Source: Selaginella moellendorffii
Lineage: Eukaryota; Plantae; Lycopodiophyta
Assembly: GCF_000143415.4 (NCBI RefSeq)
Contig: NW_003314262.1
Coordinates: 5,473,876 to 5,537,875, forward strand
Direction of reading: 5' to 3'
Length of the DNA: 64,000 nt
Below are positions 60,399-64,000 of this stretch, piece after piece. The notes below the pieces were generated by a model. It searched no databases. It was not told where the DNA came from and worked only from the letters and a program-made list of their open reading frames with translations. The first letter of the stretch is position 1. Every line of letters begins with the position of its first letter. The translations under genes were made by a program, and so were the position numbers.

Positions 60399-62800
60399 TC
60401 AATGCGAGTCAACACTTCTTCCAGGAAGATAGCCCGTGTTCTTCGCGAAAAACTCCTTGACTGTTTGGTGTTTCTCCAGCCCCGCCTTGACAATCTCGGC
60501 GTGAATTCTCCGCGCGCTCTCCAGATCCTCAAGCCCGCGGCACGCATCCAGCGCCGCCACCAACGTCTCCGCGTCAGGAGCAAACCCTTCGCCTTCCATG
60601 CGCCGGAAGAGCTTGAGAGCAGTGGAGTGATTTCCAGCTCTCGAGTACCCGGCCACGATCCATCTCCAGTGCCAGCAATCGCGTTCCCCAATCCCCTCAA
60701 AGATCTTCCTCGCGTCGCTCATGGCGCCAAACTTGGCGTACATCTCCAGTATGCAACTGGAAACCACTGCGTCTCGCTCGAATCCTCCTCCTCTGGCGAG
60801 CAGCCGCGAGTGGATCATCCTGCCTTGCTCGAGAAACTCTTTCCTGTTCTTGGCCATTTGCTCCTTGCCTTCTTGCTCGATCGAGGCACCGGCGGAGCAT
60901 GCCGCGAGAGCAGCAGCGTAGCTCCTCGCACTAGGCCGCATTTGATTGTCACCCTGCTGCTCCATCTGGGCGAAGAGATCTAGCGCCATCCGGGGATCGC
61001 CCAGCTGCGCGCACGCCGAGATCATCGCGTTCCATATCGCCACGTCTCGCTTCCTGCAGCCATCGAACACCTCCCTGGCCTCCTCCAAGCTCCCACACTT
61101 GGAATACATGTCGACGAGCGCGTTGGCGACGAAGACGTTGTCTCCAAGTTCTCTCTCGCGGATCATCTCGTGAAAAGCTCTTCCTTTGGCCAGCGCCGCC
61201 ACTTTGACGATCCTGCCCTGCTGCCTCTTCCCTTCTTCCCTGGCCGCCAGGCTCGAGCAAGCTCCCAGAAGAGCAACGTAAGTTCTAGCGCTCGGTTCGA
61301 GCGGTTCGTCCTTCATGGCTTCGAAGAGCTTGATTGTCTCGCTGCCTTCTCCGTTCAGTGCGTAGCCCGTGAGGATCGAGTTCCACGACACGAGAGTTTT
61401 CCTGTGGATCCCGTCGAAGACGCTCCGGGCCTCGGCCATGCTGCCACACTTAGCGTACATGTCGATCATCGCGTTTGCGACGTAAACATCCCCCTGGAAC
61501 CTCGTCTTCTGGAGCTGTTCGTGGATCTTCTGGCCTCTCTCGAGAATGGTGGCGAGTTTCTTCGTGACCTTGGACGATACCGGCGATCTCTCTCTCGCTG
61601 CGAGAGCGCTGCAAGCCGTGATCGCCGCGAGGAAGGTCCGAGAGTCTGGAGTGAACTCCTCGTCTTGCATCCGCGAGAAGAGCTCGAGAGCTACGTCGCT
61701 GTCGCCGTTCTGGACGTATCCCATGATCATCGAGTTCCACGACACCGGATCCTGGAAGGCCATCCTCTCGAAAACTTTGCGAGCGATCGCCATGCTGCCG
61801 CACTTTGCGTAGAGATCCAGCACCGCGTTGGCCACGAAGATGTTGGATTCCTGGCCGCATTTCTCCGCAAGCTTGTGGAGCGAGATCGCTCTCTTGAGCG
61901 AGGATTCTTTCACCACCTTGCCCTGGACCACCTTTCCTTCCTCTCTGGCCGCGAGGTCTCCACAAGCTTTGAACGCTCGCACGAAGATCCGAGCGTCTGG
62001 AACCACCCCTGCCTTGATCATCCGGTCAAAGAACTCGAGCGAGAGCTCTTTCTCCCCAACATCCGAAAATCCTCGGACCATCGCGTTCCAGGATCCTTGA
62101 GTCGGCTCGGCCAGCTTCTCGAAGATCTTCCGAGCTTCCACCATTGCACCAAACTTGGAGTAGAGCGCAATGAGAGTTTTCGCGACTTCGACGTGCCTGG
62201 CTTCCCTGGTTCTCGAAAGCTCGAGGTGGATTTTCTGGACTTGATCCACACTGCTACATCCTTTCAGTGCGTAGCGGTGTTGCCTGATACGCGCAGGATC
62301 ATACTCACTGTCGGCCTGTTCTTGCGTGTTCTTTTCGACGCTCTGGCAGCTCTCAATCTCCTCGTCACTCTTGTACCTGGCTCTCAAGCTCTTACGAGCG
62401 TCCGAAGTGGCAGGCCTGATCATTTTGAGCTCCTGTGGAAGCCATGGCGGACTGAAGAACGACGTGATCCACAGGCAATCCTTCGTTTTCGCGTGAACAA
62501 AATCCGGCTCCTTGGGATCGCTCTGCAAGCCAAACAAACGATCTCACTTTCAGGGAAAAAAAGAATGAACTCTTTCACGAAAACATCGAAGAGAGAAACT
62601 TTCACGATGGACAAAGAAAAAAAACTCTCGCAGATGGCTATCCAAAGAGGGGGAAAGAAACCCACCTTGATTTTTCTATGATCCCACCAGGCCGAGGGAT
62701 TTTGAAAGAACTCGTTCCATTTGCACTCCTCGACCTTGACCAATCCTCTCGCATTCTCTTGAGAGTGCGTTCGAAACGAGAATTTCCTGAACGCCCTCAT
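60399..62800 (-). CDS. PLS-class PPR protein with N-terminal OSB-type PDF motif (exons 62800-62666, 62522-60399)
   Basis: A phase-0 GT-AG intron joins WNEFFQNPSAWWDHRKIK to SDPKEPDFVHAKTKDCLWITSFFSPPW, followed by a PLS array. No E or DYW tail. Confidence 0.88.
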
Positions 62801-62949
62801 TCGATCTGCTGCATTCTACGCGAGGATCGCACCAATCACAAACCTGGCGACGATCGCCTTCCCTCACAGCGATCGCGAGATCTTTCCCTCCCCAATGGGG
62901 TTTTAGGGTTTATGCCAAGCAAAATATTTCCTTTCTAGGGTTCTTCCGG

Positions 62950-64000
62950 ATGCCGGGCTACGATGTCCGGATTGCGCCGGTGTGCGCGAGCGCAGTGCGA
63001 ATGCCGCTTGCTAATTCCAATGGCAAGGCGTCTGCTACTCCCAGCGCGGAGAGGAAATCGGTTGTGGAGCTGCCGCGCCATGTCCAGCACGTTTCTAGCC
63101 TGTCGAATCCCTATGTGAAGCATCTGGTGAAAATGCGGGAGAGTTCTTCGTATCGCGAGGCCACTGAATCGGTGCTGGTAGTCGGCTCCAATCTCTTGCA
63201 GTAAGCAATCGCTCTGTTTGTTTGAAGATTGGATGGAGTTTTCCTTTCTTTTGCTCTTCGAGTGTGTTTTTCTGCGTGTTTGTGTGTTTGTTGTTTCTTT
63301 CTTTGATTGAATCATGTGTGTTCTTCGAGTGCGTGTTCTGAATCTTCTCGTTTCTTTCTTTGCATTGAAGGGAGCTCTGTGAATTTGCAGTGACAAACAA
63401 CACAGAAGCAGCGTTTGAGCTGGAGATGCTACTCGTAGTGGAAGAAAGAGACTTCCCTCAAGAGCTCTCTACGTTCTCGCAACGCACGGTGTTCTTAACT
63501 GCGTCGGTCATGCAGAAGCTGGCGGGGCTCAAGTCTTCCGAGTCAGTGGACGCCATCGGTGTGGTGAAGCTACCATCTTCTTTTCAAAAGCTGAGCCCGG
63601 ATGAAAGCTTGGCATCCGCAGGAGCAACTCTCGAGAAATGGTGTCCAAATCCTCACAGGCTTCTGATCCTCGACGGAATCCAGGTAGAAGTTCCTTTGTC
63701 TAAAGGTTCGTATGCATTGTGAAATAACTACTTTTTCCACAGGATCCTGGGAACCTTGGCACGCTCTTGCGCACAGCTACAGCGTTTGCTTGGGTAAAGA
63801 GCTCTAGAATTCACGAGTCGAGCTAAAACTTGTTCTTTTCCAGGATGGTGTGTTTTTGCTGCCCGGTTGCTGCGATCCTTTCAACGACAAGACCCTGCGA
63901 GCATCACGAGCTGCCAACTTCCGGATGCCAATCGCGGCTGGAACCTGGCCACAGATTCAAGCCTTCGGCAAAGCCAACGCCATGAAATTCTACGCCGGCA
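62950..64000 (+). CDS. SpoU/TrmH-family RNA 2'-O-methyltransferase, multi-exon, runs off the window end
   Basis: HVSSLSNPYVKHLVK, LLILDGIQ|DPGNLGTLLRTA.AF.W|DGVFLLPGCCDPFNDK.LRASR. Confidence 0.92.

Noticed and set aside
60402-62681. 503-aa and 193-aa plus-strand ORFs
   Set aside because: Antisense to the PDF-PPR gene; codon-bias artefact.

Overview
Eukaryotic plant nuclear DNA that looks like a lycophyte (Selaginella-like): very short (~50-60 nt) GT-AG introns, dense genes, and intronless PLS-class PPR genes. The organism assignment is inference. The left half (1 to ~31 kb) is a transposon and pseudogene zone. It holds a degenerate L1-type LINE, a 1.3-kb segment bounded by outward-facing telomere repeats, Ty3/gypsy remnants, a 324-bp hairpin, a 797-bp tandem duplication, a full-length decayed Ty1/copia element with TG..TA LTRs and a GTCGC target-site duplication, an orphan gene with a scrambled paralog, and a PPR plus JMJ17/KDM5-like pseudogene block. 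The right half is a compact gene array: prolyl oligopeptidase, Dabb-domain protein, NAC factor, C1orf74-like protein, three PLS-PPR genes, an SLC1/DAACS transporter, a SABATH pseudogene, GDSL lipase, arginyl-tRNA synthetase, a Fic-domain gene, germin-like protein, FKBP42/TWD1, an M16 peptidase-like gene, a B-lectin kinase pseudogene and a SpoU methyltransferase. Most notable: (1) a PPR protein whose spliced N-terminus carries an OSB-type PDF ssDNA-binding motif; (2) an intron-containing Fic gene ending 46 bp upstream of a divergent ArgRS and flanked by an inverted ArgRS copy; (3) an SLC1 transporter with substituted binding-site residues; (4) the telomere-bounded insert. All exon models were spliced by eye.
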